The translations under genes and the position numbers were made by a program. Shown here piece by piece: positions 29,879-41,398 of a stretch of 64,000 nt of DNA. Numbering within the stretch: the first letter of the stretch is position 1; every line of letters starts with the position of its first letter. The stretch comes from an uncultured Chthonomonadaceae bacterium (GTDB taxonomy: Bacteria; Armatimonadota; Chthonomonadetes; Chthonomonadales; Chthonomonadaceae), in the NCBI GenBank assembly GCA_963835065.1, contig CAWIEK010000049.1, forward strand, positions 672,001-736,000. Direction: 5' to 3'. The notes below the pieces were generated by a model. It worked only from the letters and a program-made list of their open reading frames with translations, was not told the DNA's origin and ran no database searches.

Positions 29879-30817
29879 ATGAGACATTTGCTCACGCTGC
29901 GCGAAACTTCCTCTGCCGATATACGCTACCTGCTGAATCAGGCGATTGCCTTTCAGGAGATACTGGCGCGTCCGGTCAAAAAAGTGCCTACTCTGCGCGG
30001 GCGGGCTATGATTACGCTGTTCTACGAGAACAGCACCCGTACGCGCACGAGTTTTGAAATGGCCGCCAAAATCATGTCGGCGGAAGCCATCAATATCGCG
30101 GTGGCGCAGTCCTCAGTTGCCAAGGGAGAAAGTCTCAAGGATACGCTGCTCACGCTTCAAGCGCTGAAAGCCGACTGCATTGTGATGCGCCATCCGGTTT
30201 CGGGAACGCCGCAGTTCGCCGCCGAGCATCTCAATATCCCGGTTATCAACGCGGGCGACGGGCGGCACGAACACCCCACGCAAGGCTTGCTCGACATGCT
30301 CACCATGCAGCAGCACAAGGGCGAGTTGGGCGGCCTGAACGTGGCAATTGTCGGCGACATTACGCACAGCCGGGTTGCCCGCTCCAATATCTGGGGACTA
30401 ACCAAAATGGGCGCGAACGTCCGCCTTGTCGGGCCGCGAACCCTCCTCCCGCCGGACGCCGAAAAACTGCCCGTACAGGTCTTTGACGATCTACGCGCCG
30501 GACTGGAAGGCGTGGACGTGGTAAATGTATTGCGCCTGCAAACCGAGCGGCAGGAGCGCGGATTGTTGCCAAGCCTGCGCGAATATAGCCGCTTGTTCGG
30601 TGTCACCACAAGCAGCCTGAAAGCCGCCAAGTCCGATGTCTTAGTTCTGCATCCCGGCCCCATGAACCGGGGCGTGGAAATATCCGCCGATGTTGCCGAC
30701 GGCGCGGGAGGCATCCGCAGCGCAATCGAAGAACAGGTGACAAACGGCGTCGCAGTCCGTATGGCAGTTCTGTACACGCTCATGGGCACACAAGGCACAA
30801 CGGGAGCGGATTCCTAA
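29879..30817 (+). CDS. pyrB: Aspartate carbamoyltransferase catalytic subunit
   Basis: FYENSTRTRTSFE, NAGDGRHEHPTQ, LHPGPMNRGVEI. Confidence 0.97.
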   Translation: MRHLLTLRETSSADIRYLLNQAIAFQEILARPVKKVPTLRGRAMITLFYENSTRTRTSFEMAAKIMSAEAINIAVAQSSVAKGESLKDTLLTLQALKADCIVMRHPVSGTPQFAAEHLNIPVINAGDGRHEHPTQGLLDMLTMQQHKGELGGLNVAIVGDITHSRVARSNIWGLTKMGANVRLVGPRTLLPPDAEKLPVQVFDDLRAGLEGVDVVNVLRLQTERQERGLLPSLREYSRLFGVTTSSLKAAKSDVLVLHPGPMNRGVEISADVADGAGGIRSAIEEQVTNGVAVRMAVLYTLMGTQGTTGADS

Positions 30818-30833
30818 TCAAGAGGAGAGTAGG

Positions 30834-31040
30834 ATGCAACTCAACATTGAAACCGAACAGGAAGAAGATGGACGCTGGATTGCAGCCGTTTTGGAACTAC
30901 CCGGCACGCAGGTGTACGGCTCCACTCGTGAACTCGCCATACGGAAGGTACAAGCGCTTGCCTTGCGCGTAATCGCAGAGCGTTTGGAGCATGGCGAACC
31001 GATCCCTGCGATGGTCGATGTATTTCAGGTAGCCGCATGA
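30834..31040 (+). CDS. HicB-family antitoxin
   Basis: EQEEDGRWIA..ELPG..YGSTRE. Confidence 0.85.
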   Translation: MQLNIETEQEEDGRWIAAVLELPGTQVYGSTRELAIRKVQALALRVIAERLEHGEPIPAMVDVFQVAA

Positions 31041-31252
31041 GTCAATGGCCTTCTCGAAAAGCAAGTAAAGTATTGGCGGCGTTGAAGAAGATCGGCTGGA
31101 AAGTCAAGCGCGGAACAAGCGGTTCACACCGAACTTTAGAGCGCAAGGGATGGCCTGATTACGTTTTTGCCTTCCATGACGGTGATGAAATCGGCCCGCG
31201 CATGTTGGCGCGTATCGGAAAAGATACCGGGTTGACGCCCGCCGACCTATGA
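31037..31252 (+). CDS. HicA-family toxin
   Basis: LKKIGW...GSHR, FAFHDGDEIGPRML. Confidence 0.88.
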   Translation: MSQWPSRKASKVLAALKKIGWKVKRGTSGSHRTLERKGWPDYVFAFHDGDEIGPRMLARIGKDTGLTPADL

Positions 31253-31292
31253 CCATAAGCGTTCATAAATCAACCGGCTCTACACAAAGGGA

Positions 31293-32588
31293 ATGTGCGT
31301 GAAAACAATAATTTCAGGTGGGCGCGTAATTGACCCGGCGCAGCAGATTGACCGCGTTGCCGATGTGCTGATTGACGGCGTGACTATTGCGGGCATTGTT
31401 GAGCCGGGGGCGGCGGGTTCGGAATACGATGATGCGGAACGGCTGGATGCGCGGGGCATGGTGGTCACGCCCGGCCTGATAGATATTCACGTCCATTTGC
31501 GCGAGCCGGGGCAGGAGTACAAGGAAGACATTGAAAGCGGGACGCGGGCGGCGGCGGCAGGCGGCTTTACCCGCGTGTGCTGTATGCCCAACACCAACCC
31601 GGCCATTGACACCGCTGCGGTTGTAAGGCAGATATTAGAGCGAACGGAGCAGGTTGGCAGCGCGAGAGTGCATCCCATCGGAGCCGCGACCCGCGCCATG
31701 CAGGGCGATCAGCTCACCGAAATGGCTGAACTGAAGGCGGCGGGAGCATGCGCTATTTCCGACGACGCTTTTCCCCTGCAAAACGCCGAAACCATGCGCC
31801 GCGCGATGGAATACTGCCGAATGCTTGGCCTGTGCCTGATGACGCACAACGAGGACAAGCAGCTTACCGAAAAAGGCGCGATGAACGAGGGCTATACGGC
31901 TACCGTTTTGGGCATCCCCGGAATGCCGCGCATTGCCGAAGACATTGCTGTTGCCCGTAACATCCTGCTGGCGCAGCTTACGGGCTGCCACCTGCACCTG
32001 CTGCATATTTCTACAGCCGGAACCGTCGCCTTGCTGCGCCGCGCCAAAGCGGACGGCATCAACGTTACCGGGGAAGCCTGCCCACACCATTGGACGCTGA
32101 CGGACGAGGACGTGATGGGTTATAAAACCGACGCCAAAATGAACCCACCCCTGCGTACACCGGAAGACTGCGAGGCCGTGAAGCAGGGACTGGCGGACGG
32201 AACCATTGACTGCATCGTCACCGATCACGCGCCTCACGCCGAATACGAAAAGGAAGTGGAATTCGACGCCGCGCCCTTCGGCATCTTGGGACTGGAAACC
32301 TCCTTCCCGCTCGTTTATACGACACTGGTAAAACCGGGCATCCTGTCGCTGTCGGACGCCATCGCCAAAATGACCCATGTTCCCGCCCGCGTCCTGAAAA
32401 TGCCCGCCGGTGTCGGCACACTGCAAACGGGCGCTCCTGCCGACATTGCCGTGTTCGATCTGGAAAAAGAATGGACGATAGACCGCAACAAGGTGCAGTC
32501 GAAATCCAAAAACACGCCCTTTCACGGCAGGCAGGTGCAGGGCAAAGCCGCGTTTACGCTTGTCGGCGGGCGCATGATACGATTATAA
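31293..32588 (+). CDS. pyrC: Dihydroorotase
   Basis: PGLIDIHVHLREPG, CMPNTNP, KMNPPLR, TDHAPH, SKSKNTPF. Confidence 0.97.
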   Translation: MCVKTIISGGRVIDPAQQIDRVADVLIDGVTIAGIVEPGAAGSEYDDAERLDARGMVVTPGLIDIHVHLREPGQEYKEDIESGTRAAAAGGFTRVCCMPNTNPAIDTAAVVRQILERTEQVGSARVHPIGAATRAMQGDQLTEMAELKAAGACAISDDAFPLQNAETMRRAMEYCRMLGLCLMTHNEDKQLTEKGAMNEGYTATVLGIPGMPRIAEDIAVARNILLAQLTGCHLHLLHISTAGTVALLRRAKADGINVTGEACPHHWTLTDEDVMGYKTDAKMNPPLRTPEDCEAVKQGLADGTIDCIVTDHAPHAEYEKEVEFDAAPFGILGLETSFPLVYTTLVKPGILSLSDAIAKMTHVPARVLKMPAGVGTLQTGAPADIAVFDLEKEWTIDRNKVQSKSKNTPFHGRQVQGKAAFTLVGGRMIRL

Positions 32589-33756
32589 ACCGCGAAACAC
32601 GCGAAGCACACGAAAAAGAATTCAAATAGAGTTGAACCACGGAGGGCACGGAGACGAACACAGGAGATATAACCACAGGGAACACGAGGAACACGGGGAT
32701 ATGGGGGGAGGATGAACAGGGATACGCGGGTAAAAGTGGCGCAGGAGACTTTGCAGATACTGGAGGCGGGGCAGTATACGGCTCCGTCCGAGCGCGTTGT
32801 TGCTGTTGCCGATGCGCTTGCGAACGCTGTTGCGGGTACGCGCTTGTATCAACTCTCGGATTTTCCTGAGAACTTGACCGCAGATGTTCACCGAAATGCA
32901 GAGGCAACTCGTATTTCGGTAACTGCGGAAAGCACTTTGGAAGCGGCGTGGCGATTGACGCGGGAAAACTCTGATGACGTTCCCTGTTGCTTGAATTTCG
33001 CGTCGGCTAAAAATCCCGGCGGCGGATTTTTGGGCGGCAGTCAGGCGCAGGAAGAAGCCCTTGCGCGTTCGAGTGGTTTGTATCCCTGCCTGACACAAAT
33101 GCAGGCATTTTACGACTTTCATCGCGGTCAACATTCGTGCCTGTACTCTGACTGCATGATTTACGCGCCCGGTGTGCCCGTATTTCGGGATGATGCGGGC
33201 AATCTGCTGGAAGAGTTTTATCTGGCCTCGTTCCTCTGTCTCTCCCGCTCCCAATGCCGGAGCGGTACGGCAGAACGAACCGGAAAACAGTGGCAAAATT
33301 GAGCCGACTTTGCGCGAACGTATGCGAAAACTGCTGTGGGTGGCTCACGCGCAGCGAAACAAGCGGCTCGTACTCGGCGCATGGGGCTGCGGCGTATTTC
33401 AGAATGACCCGCAAATGGTAGCGCGATTGTTTGCCGAAGTGCTTTGTCCCGGCGGCGAATTCGCAAATGCGTTTGCAGAAGTGGTTTTCGCCATCTACGA
33501 CCTCAGCGCCGAACAGTCCACGCTGAAAGCGTTTGAACAGCATCTATCAACAGATTCGTAATACTGATAACTGTTCAGCCTCATCTCAAAAGATACAGGT
33601 CTCCCCTCTCCCATGCTTTTTGGAGAGGGGCAGGGGTGAAGGCATGAATTATTTTTGCCTTTGTATAGACTTGATAAGAGAAGCCGTGAAACAACGCAAC
33701 CAAATCTCCATTTTATTTTTGTCTTTTTTCGTGTGGTTCGCGTGTTTCGCGGTTTA
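32586..33756. mobile_element. Gene-carrying cassette bounded by 32-bp inverted repeats
   Basis: TAAACCGCGAAACACGCGAAGCACACGAAAAA (32586) and its reverse complement ending at 33756, one mismatch. Confidence 0.6.
32712..33561 (+). CDS. TIGR02452 / bacterial PARG-like macrodomain protein, frameshift near 33235
   Basis: LNFASAKNPGGGFLGGSQAQEEALARSS; SPAPNAG, LVLGAWGCGVFQN in a second frame. Confidence 0.88.
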
Positions 33757-33783
33757 TCATCGAAGTTCTTTCCGAGGTTTCTT

Positions 33784-35433
33784 ATGGCACAAGCGGCGAC
33801 AATCCTTTATAACGGCAATGTGCTGACCATGACGGGCGCAGAGGCCGCTTCGCAGGCGGTTGCGATTGGCCGTGACGGGCGTATTGTGGCGGTGGGAAGC
33901 AACGACGACATACGGCATCTGGCAGGCGCGGGTACGCGGCAGATTGACTTGCGCGGGCGCACGCTTTTGCCCGGATTTTTCGATTGCCACCTACATATAT
34001 TGTGGCTTGGCATCAATTTAGGCCATGTCAATCTCGCGTCGCCGCCCGTGAAGGACAAGCAGGACATTATTCGGCTGTTGCGGGAACGTCTGGACGCGCA
34101 GCCGGAATTGACCTGCGTACAGGGCAACCGCTACGACCAGAACAAACTCTCGCCGCCCGAACATCTGACGCGGCATGATCTGGATTTGGTGTCCACGACC
34201 CTGCCCGTTCGCATCGTGCATACGTCGGGCCATGCGGCAGTCGTCAACAGCCGCGCTTTGCAAATGCTCGGTATTATGCCTGACACGCCCGACCCTGTTG
34301 GCGGCGAAATCGTCCGGGACGCGCAGGGTGAGCCAACCGGCGTTCTGCTGGAAACCGCAAGTTGGAACGATCTGGAGCGTATTCTGCCCCACGTGACGCC
34401 CGAAGAACAGATTGCCGCGCTTGGACGCGCCAACCGGTATCTTTTGGAACGGGGCATCACCAGCGCGACAGACGCCAATCTCGCGCAAAACGACATTGCC
34501 ATGTTTGCCCGCGCCGTTGCGGATAAGGCGCTGCAAGTGCGGGCGAACGGCATGGTAGGCTGGGCGGAGATTATGAAGCATGTCGGCGAGGGCGCAATCC
34601 CCACGCCGGACGATTTGCAGTCGCGCTGGCAGGGCGTGACATGGCATCAGTTCCACGTCGGGCAGGCGAAACTGTTCAGCGACGGCGCGATTACCACCCG
34701 CACCTGCTGGCTGACCAGTCCGTTCGAGGGCATGGCCGGTCAGCCCAACGATTGCGGCATCCCCCTGCACCCGCCGGACGAACTGCGCGAGTACATCCGC
34801 AAAGCGCACAACGCAGGCTGGCAAATCGCTACCCATGCCATCGGCGACCGAGCGATTGATCTGGTTTTGTCCGCGTATGCCGACGCGCAGCGCGAAAACA
34901 CCCGCTTCCGTCCCGGCCATCGTATCGAACACTGTATGTTGCTCAATCCCGACTTGATTGCCCGCTTGCGTCGCCAGAACGTATGGAGCATCGGGCAGCC
35001 GGAGTTTCTATCGCAATTGGGCGATGCGTATGTCATGGCGTTGGGCGAAGAACGCGCCAACCGCCTGTCGCCCTACGCCACCTTAGACCGTCACAATGTC
35101 GCGCAGGCGTTCAGTTCCGATTGCCCTGTCGTGCCGGGCGCGCCTTTGGACGGCCTGCGGGCGGCTATCGAACGGAAAACGCCGTCCGGCCATGTTCTCG
35201 ATGCCCGCGAAATTCTTGCGCCCGACATTGCCCTGTACAACTACACCGCCGCGCCCGCGTACGCCACGCACACGGATCGGGACCGGGGCAGTCTGGAAAC
35301 CGGCAAATGGGCGGACTTCGTTCTTCTTTCCGCCGATCCCACGCAAACTCCCCTTGCTGAATGGGAACATGTAAAAGTAGAAGCCACATGGGTTGGCGGC
35401 GAATGTCTGTACGGCGAGGACGTTTTGGCGTAA
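33784..35433 (+). CDS. YtcJ-like amidohydrolase
   Basis: PGFFDCHLH, KLFSDG, HAIGDRA, HRIEH, FSSDCPV, GKWADFVLL. Confidence 0.92.
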   Translation: MAQAATILYNGNVLTMTGAEAASQAVAIGRDGRIVAVGSNDDIRHLAGAGTRQIDLRGRTLLPGFFDCHLHILWLGINLGHVNLASPPVKDKQDIIRLLRERLDAQPELTCVQGNRYDQNKLSPPEHLTRHDLDLVSTTLPVRIVHTSGHAAVVNSRALQMLGIMPDTPDPVGGEIVRDAQGEPTGVLLETASWNDLERILPHVTPEEQIAALGRANRYLLERGITSATDANLAQNDIAMFARAVADKALQVRANGMVGWAEIMKHVGEGAIPTPDDLQSRWQGVTWHQFHVGQAKLFSDGAITTRTCWLTSPFEGMAGQPNDCGIPLHPPDELREYIRKAHNAGWQIATHAIGDRAIDLVLSAYADAQRENTRFRPGHRIEHCMLLNPDLIARLRRQNVWSIGQPEFLSQLGDAYVMALGEERANRLSPYATLDRHNVAQAFSSDCPVVPGAPLDGLRAAIERKTPSGHVLDAREILAPDIALYNYTAAPAYATHTDRDRGSLETGKWADFVLLSADPTQTPLAEWEHVKVEATWVGGECLYGEDVLA

Positions 35434-35478
35434 TAAGCAGTTGATAGTTCTCTTAGTTCCAATTCGTTCAAACAAGAC

Positions 35479-35586
35479 CGTAGGGACACAACATGTTGTG
35501 TCCTCCCGCGTCGTTTAAAAGCAATGGCAATGGAGAGCGCGGACACGGTACCGAAGCGCGGACACAACATATTGTGTCCCTACGGC
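35479..35586. repeat. GTAG-type REP doublet (REPIN-like)
   Basis: GTAGGGACACAACATGTTGTGTCC ... GGACACAACATATTGTGTCCCTAC, inverted. Confidence 0.75.
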
Positions 35587-35674
35587 CTTGTTTTTGTGGT
35601 GAAAGACGCTTTAAATAGAGCGGCATTGCCCTTAGTTCATGAATTGGCGTCAACAGGACGCTTGACCGCAGGCC

Positions 35675-36919
35675 ATGAAACCGGCTTTTTATAAGCCGAC
35701 ACAAGCAGGAGCCGAATTGAAAGCATTCCTTGTACTGGAAGACGGAACCGTGTTTGAAGGCGAGTCGCTCGGCGCGTCCGGGAGGACGACCGGCGAAGTG
35801 GTCTTCAATACCGGCATGACCGGCTATCAGGAAATTTTAACCGATCCCTCCTATGCGGGGCAGATCGTCACCCTGACCTATCCGCTGATTGGCAACTACG
35901 GCATCAATCCCGATGATTTCGAGTCGCGCCGCATACAGGTGGAGGGGTTTGTCGTCCGCGAGTGCGAAGACGTGCCGAGCAACTGGCGTTCCGCGCAGAA
36001 CCTGGACGCTTATTTGAAGTCCAAAAACATTGTCGCCATCAAAAACGTGGATACCCGCGCCCTCACGCGCGCCCTGCGCGTCAGGGGCGTGATGATGGGC
36101 ACGATTACAACCGAGGAAAACGTGGAACAAGCGCGGGCGCGTTTGCAGTCTGCTCAACGGTATGCGAGCGTTGACCTCAACCGGCAGGTGACGACGGAAC
36201 AGCCGTACCGCTGGCTTGCGCACGGATTACAGCCCATTCCTCTCCAAACAACCGCGCAATCCGCCGATGATATTGCCGGAACCCAGCCGTCGGAACCCCG
36301 TTTTCGGATCGCCCTGCTGGACTGCGGCGTGAAGTATAACATTGTGCGCAGCCTGGCTAACCTGGGATGTGAGACAACCGTATACCCATGTACAGCGACT
36401 TCGACGGAACTCCTGCGTGAAAACCCCGACGGGATTATGTTGTCTCCTGGTCCAGGCGATCCTGCGCAATTAGGCTATGTGGTCGAAACCGTACGCGAAC
36501 TGGTCGGCAAAAAGCCCATCATGGGCGTTTGTCTGGGCAACCAGATTTTGGGACACGTCTTCGGCAGTCGGACTTTCAAGCTGAAGTTTGGACACCGGGG
36601 CAGCAATCATCCGGTGAAAGACCTGCGCACCGGCAAAGTGTACATCACGTCCCAAAATCATGGCTACGCTGTTGACCCGGATAAATTGCAAAACGGAATG
36701 GAAGTGGCGCACGTCAATCTTAATGACGGCACGGTCGAAGGACTGCGGCACAGGGAATTGCCCATTTTCTCCATTCAGTACCACCCGGAAGCGTCACCCG
36801 GCCCAACCGATAGCGCGTATTTCTTTCGCGAGTTTGTCGACGTCCTGACAAAGATCAGGGGAGCGGACAATGAGAGCGGTGCGAGTACCACACAACACAA
36901 CAGAAAGGATACGCCTTAG
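35675..36919 (+). CDS. carA: Carbamoyl-phosphate synthase small subunit
   Basis: GEVVFNTGMTGYQE, LSPGPGDP, GVCLGNQ, SQNHGY, QYHPEASPGP. Confidence 0.97.
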   Translation: MKPAFYKPTQAGAELKAFLVLEDGTVFEGESLGASGRTTGEVVFNTGMTGYQEILTDPSYAGQIVTLTYPLIGNYGINPDDFESRRIQVEGFVVRECEDVPSNWRSAQNLDAYLKSKNIVAIKNVDTRALTRALRVRGVMMGTITTEENVEQARARLQSAQRYASVDLNRQVTTEQPYRWLAHGLQPIPLQTTAQSADDIAGTQPSEPRFRIALLDCGVKYNIVRSLANLGCETTVYPCTATSTELLRENPDGIMLSPGPGDPAQLGYVVETVRELVGKKPIMGVCLGNQILGHVFGSRTFKLKFGHRGSNHPVKDLRTGKVYITSQNHGYAVDPDKLQNGMEVAHVNLNDGTVEGLRHRELPIFSIQYHPEASPGPTDSAYFFREFVDVLTKIRGADNESGASTTQHNRKDTP

Positions 36920-37646
36920 AACGCATCCTGACAATAACATAATCCATTCGCGGAGCCAGCAAATTCGGCAGGCATTCTTACTGCTGCTGCTGACGATTAC
37001 CGTGTTCTTTGCCGCCGCGTTTACGCACAATTTCATTCCATCGCAGTCTATGGAACCCAATTTGCGTCCCGGCGACCATATTCTTACAATGCGCGAGTGG
37101 CTGGCCTATCCCTTCGGGGCCATGCCGTCACGAGGCGACATCATTGTTTTCCGCATGCCGAACTCGCCTCATGCCAATGACTCGGCGCTTCCGCCCAACA
37201 GCGTGGTAGATGCCGCCACGCGCAGAAACACCATGAAATCGTCAGGCGCGGAGGACGAAGCCGATGAATCGGATGAATCGGATCAGACGCCTGCCGTAAA
37301 CAGCAAACCGGAGATTCTCATCAAGCGGGTTGTCGGACTGCCTGGCGACCTGGTTCAACTGAAAGACAACGCGCTGTATGTAAACGGGCAGTTGGTTCAG
37401 GAAAACTACCGTATTGTTCCGATTGACGCCAGCGAGGGATACGAATTTCCCTACGCGGTTTATAAACCCCTGCGCGTTCCGCCCGGTCAATTGTTTGTCT
37501 TGGGCGACAACCGCAGCAACAGCGATGACGGGCGTTTTTGGGGTACGCTGCCGCGCCAGAATGTCATGGGCAAGATGGTGCGCGTGTTGTACCATGAAAG
37601 CAAGTACGACGTGACGGAATCGGTTTATCCGACACGGCGAAAATAA
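36870..37646 (+). CDS. lepB: Signal peptidase I
   Basis: IPSQSMEPNL, LIKRVVGLPGD, FVLGDNRSNSDDGR; start uncertain. Confidence 0.9.
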   Translation: MRAVRVPHNTTERIRLRTHPDNNIIHSRSQQIRQAFLLLLLTITVFFAAAFTHNFIPSQSMEPNLRPGDHILTMREWLAYPFGAMPSRGDIIVFRMPNSPHANDSALPPNSVVDAATRRNTMKSSGAEDEADESDESDQTPAVNSKPEILIKRVVGLPGDLVQLKDNALYVNGQLVQENYRIVPIDASEGYEFPYAVYKPLRVPPGQLFVLGDNRSNSDDGRFWGTLPRQNVMGKMVRVLYHESKYDVTESVYPTRRK

Positions 37647-37662
37647 TCTGTGAGAATAATCT

Positions 37663-39636
37663 ATGTCTGTTTCACAACGCCGGCGGCTAACCAGTATCGT
37701 TTGTATTGTTGTACTGGTCGGTTTGCTGGCGTTGCTGCGCGTCCTCTGGCTTGACAGCGATGCGTATACCGGCCTGACGTGGAACAGTGAACTGGTGACG
37801 GACGAAGCCTTTTATTGCCACGACGCGCGTAATCTCCTGTTGACGGGCAGTGTCCATGTGACCGGCGATAATTTTCACAATTCGTTGATTACGCCCCTGC
37901 TGCACCTGATACAAGTCGGCGTGTTCCGCGTTTTCGGTTTCAGCCTTGTCACATCCCGCTGGATTTCGGTATGTTTCAGTTTTGCGACACTGGCGCTGTT
38001 CTACGCTTCATGCCGCCGCGCATTCGGTAGTCGGGTGGCGATTATCGCGCTGCTGCTGCTAGGCTTCGACCATATCAACCTGCTGTACAATCGCATGGCG
38101 CTGATGGACACGCCCGCGCAGTTCTTCCTTGTTGCCTGCTTTTACACATTCGTTCGCGCCTTTCCCGCCGCGCCCAATGTTAATGAGACAGTCAGCGCAG
38201 CAGATGATGCCTCTTATCGTGCTAACCGCACAGGTTGGATGATTTTATGTGGATTGCTGCTAATGGCGGCGTATGCCATTCGCGGCCTGAGCGCATTGGT
38301 TCTGCCGCCGCTGTTATTCCTGTGCTGGCCGAAGCGACAGGGCGCAATTACGGGCGAGGGCGCGATAGATGGCTCGGCAGAGGGCGCAATAAATTGCGCC
38401 CCTACGAACGTTTATTTGAAGTGGTTGCCACTTGCCGGGCTGATGTTGGGGCTTGGTATCGGGCTGGTTGTGTACATCTGTACGTGGTATCTGCCCAATT
38501 ATGCCGCCCTGAAAACCGTGAACCACTTTTATGTCGGGCAGCAGTTGATGCCCCACAGCCTGACCGAAATTCGCCATAACATCGGGCACTCGTTGTTCGG
38601 CAATGAACGGGGTTTTTCCGCGTATCTGTTTCGCCATTCTCCCGCGCAATGGACGCTTGCTCTGGCCTGGCTGCTGGCGTGGCCGGAATTGCGCCTGCGC
38701 CTGAAAGCCTCAAACGATCCATCCGCAGGAAATCACGCGCAGGCGATTCGCTTTTTGATGCTGTGGGTGGGTATTATGCTAACAACATTTGCCCTGGTGC
38801 GCTATTCGCCGCCCCGTTATTACGTGCTGTTTTACCCGGCTATGGCGGCAATCGCGGCGTTGGCGTTTACGCATGTCGGGGAGGCAGCGGCAATCCTCGC
38901 AGCGTCACGTATACGGCGTACCCTGTTGGGAACGTTTGTAGTTTACCATCTGGCAGAAGCCGTTTTGCGGCATCGTAATATCGGCGCGGAGGCGCTGCTG
39001 TATGGCCTGACAATTGCAGCCGGTTTCATGTTATGGCGCAATCATGCCAATCCATTCGCAAGCCTGCCGACACAGCCGATTGAAGAGCCATTACCACAGC
39101 AGCCGATAACCGGCAGCCTAAATATACAGACAGTTCTCCCATCTACGAGACAATTGGCCGCAGGCGTAACTAACAGGCCAAGAGATTTAGATGGTATATG
39201 CCGGATATTACAAGCCAAAAACGTGAGTCTTCCCAGCTTCCCTTAGCGATTATTCTGATGTGGGCGGCAGTCAACGGGGGCTGGCTGCTGGATTGGGCAG
39301 GGCATATTCGGCATACGCAGCGCGACTGCGACCAATGGCTGCAACAGCACCTGCCCGCAAACGCTGTACTGATTGGGGATGCCGCGCCTGGCCTGACCCT
39401 GCGCAGCCATATCACAGCCGTTCCCGTTATACCCGGCCTGTGTAACGACAACAAGCCTTTGGAAGCCTTTGACAAATCGTCCGTGTTACATCATTGTGTT
39501 TGAAAGTCCCTACCCGCTGGGCTGGTGGTCAAAACGCTACCCGCAATGGATAACGCCGCAGCATTGCCTGCATCATTTCGTTCTGTTCGGCAAATTTCGC
39601 CTTGCGCTGTACGAGGCGCAGCCGCCGCAGCGATAA
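37663..39636 (+). CDS. GT-C (ArnT/PMT-like) membrane glycosyltransferase, two frameshifts near the C-terminus
   Basis: TDEAFY..DARN, multiple TMs, NRMALMDT, PPRYY; continues in 39198-39503 and a third frame to TAA 39634-39636. Confidence 0.75.
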
Positions 39637-39654
39637 GGAGTTTGTTTCGAGTCT

Positions 39655-41394
39655 ATGCCACGAGATACGACAATAAAGAAAGTCATGGTAATCGGCTCCG
39701 GCCCCATCATCATCGGGCAGGCGGCGGAGTTCGATTACGCGGGAACGCAGGCGTGCCGCGCCCTGCGCGAAGAGGGCGTGTCCGTCGTCCTTATCAATTC
39801 CAACCCCGCCACCATTATGACGGATGTTGAGATTGCCGACCGGGTGTACATCGAGCCGCTCAATGTCGAGTTCGCCACCCGCGTCATTGAGCGCGAACGT
39901 CCCGACGGCTTATTGCCCACGCTTGGCGGGCAAACCGGCCTGAACCTCGCTACCCTGCTCGCCGAAGCGGGCGCGTTGGAAAAGTACAACGTGCGGCTGT
40001 TGGGAACGCCCCTCGCTTCCATTCGCAAAGCCGAAGACCGCGAGGAGTTCCGCGACCTGATGCGCGAACTGGGCGAACCCGTTCCTGAATCGTGGATTGT
40101 CACCGACGAGTCGCACTTGGAAGCGCCCCTGCAATCCGGCATCTGGCCTTTGATCGTCCGTCCCGCGTACACTTTGGGCGGCACGGGCGGCGGCATTGCG
40201 CACAACGAAGCCCAACTGCGCGAAATTACCCGGCGCGGACTCGCCCTGTCCATGCGGCATCAGGTGATGGTGGAGCGCTACCTTGCCGGCTGGAAAGAAG
40301 TTGAGTACGAGGTCATGCGCGACGCCAACGATACCGCCATTACCGTGTGCAACATGGAAAACTTTGACCCGATGGGCGTCCATACGGGCGACAGTATTGT
40401 TGTCGCGCCCTCGCAAACGCTTTCGGATAAAGAATACCAGATGCTGCGAACGGCGTCCCTGAAAATCATTCGCGCCCTGGGCATCGAAGGCGGCTGCAAC
40501 GTGCAGTTATCCCTCGATCCCCATTCCTTCCGCTATTACATCATTGAAGTAAACCCCCGCGTATCGCGCTCGTCCGCGCTGGCTTCCAAAGCGACCGGGT
40601 ATCCTATTGCCCGCGTTGCCGCCAAAATCGCCGTCGGCCTGCGTCTGGACGAAATCGAAAACGCCGTCACCAAGAAAACGCTGGCCTGCTTTGAACCCGC
40701 GCTGGATTACTGCGTCGTGAAAATCCCGCGTTGGCCGTTCGACAAATTTACGTTTGCGGATCGGCAAATCAACACGCAGATGAAGGCGACAGGCGAAGTA
40801 ATGGCGATTGACCGCGCGTTCGAGCCTGCCCTGATGAAAGCCATACGTTCGCTGGAAATCGGCATTTACGGCCTGTCCAACAAAACCGCGCATCAGTTTA
40901 GCGACATGCAGTTGGAAGAAGCGATCCGCGTTCCCAACGACGAACGGCTGTGGGCGATCACGGAAGCCCTGCGCCGGGGCATGATGATCGAAGAAATTCA
41001 CGCTCTGAGCAACATAGACCCCTGGTTCCTCCGAAAATTAAATGGCCTCGTGCGCCTGGAACAACGTCTAAAAGAACAGTGCAAAGCGTTGGCCGCGCTT
41101 GTTGAGGAAGCAGGACAGGGAACAGGGAACAGGGAACAGGGAACAGGTGGAGAGGAATCTTCAACTATCAACTATCAACTATCAACTATCAACTTACTCC
41201 GCGAAGCGAAACGCGCCGGCTTTGCCGACCGTATCCTTGCCGAGATCGCTGATGTCCCGGAAATGAAACTGCGCGCGGCGCGGAAGCGTCTTGGCATTGT
41301 GCCGACGTATAAGATGGTAGATACCTGCGCGGCGGAATTCGAGGCCGCCACGCCCTACTTCTACTCATGTTACGACACGGAAGACGAACATTGA
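39655..41394 (+). CDS. carB: Carbamoyl-phosphate synthase large subunit, N-terminal half
   Basis: [36 protein letters not shown]; ends [23 protein letters not shown]. Confidence 0.95.
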   Translation: MPRDTTIKKVMVIGSGPIIIGQAAEFDYAGTQACRALREEGVSVVLINSNPATIMTDVEIADRVYIEPLNVEFATRVIERERPDGLLPTLGGQTGLNLATLLAEAGALEKYNVRLLGTPLASIRKAEDREEFRDLMRELGEPVPESWIVTDESHLEAPLQSGIWPLIVRPAYTLGGTGGGIAHNEAQLREITRRGLALSMRHQVMVERYLAGWKEVEYEVMRDANDTAITVCNMENFDPMGVHTGDSIVVAPSQTLSDKEYQMLRTASLKIIRALGIEGGCNVQLSLDPHSFRYYIIEVNPRVSRSSALASKATGYPIARVAAKIAVGLRLDEIENAVTKKTLACFEPALDYCVVKIPRWPFDKFTFADRQINTQMKATGEVMAIDRAFEPALMKAIRSLEIGIYGLSNKTAHQFSDMQLEEAIRVPNDERLWAITEALRRGMMIEEIHALSNIDPWFLRKLNGLVRLEQRLKEQCKALAALVEEAGQGTGNREQGTGGEESSTINYQLSTINLLREAKRAGFADRILAEIADVPEMKLRAARKRLGIVPTYKMVDTCAAEFEAATPYFYSCYDTEDEH

Positions 41395-41398
41395 TTTT

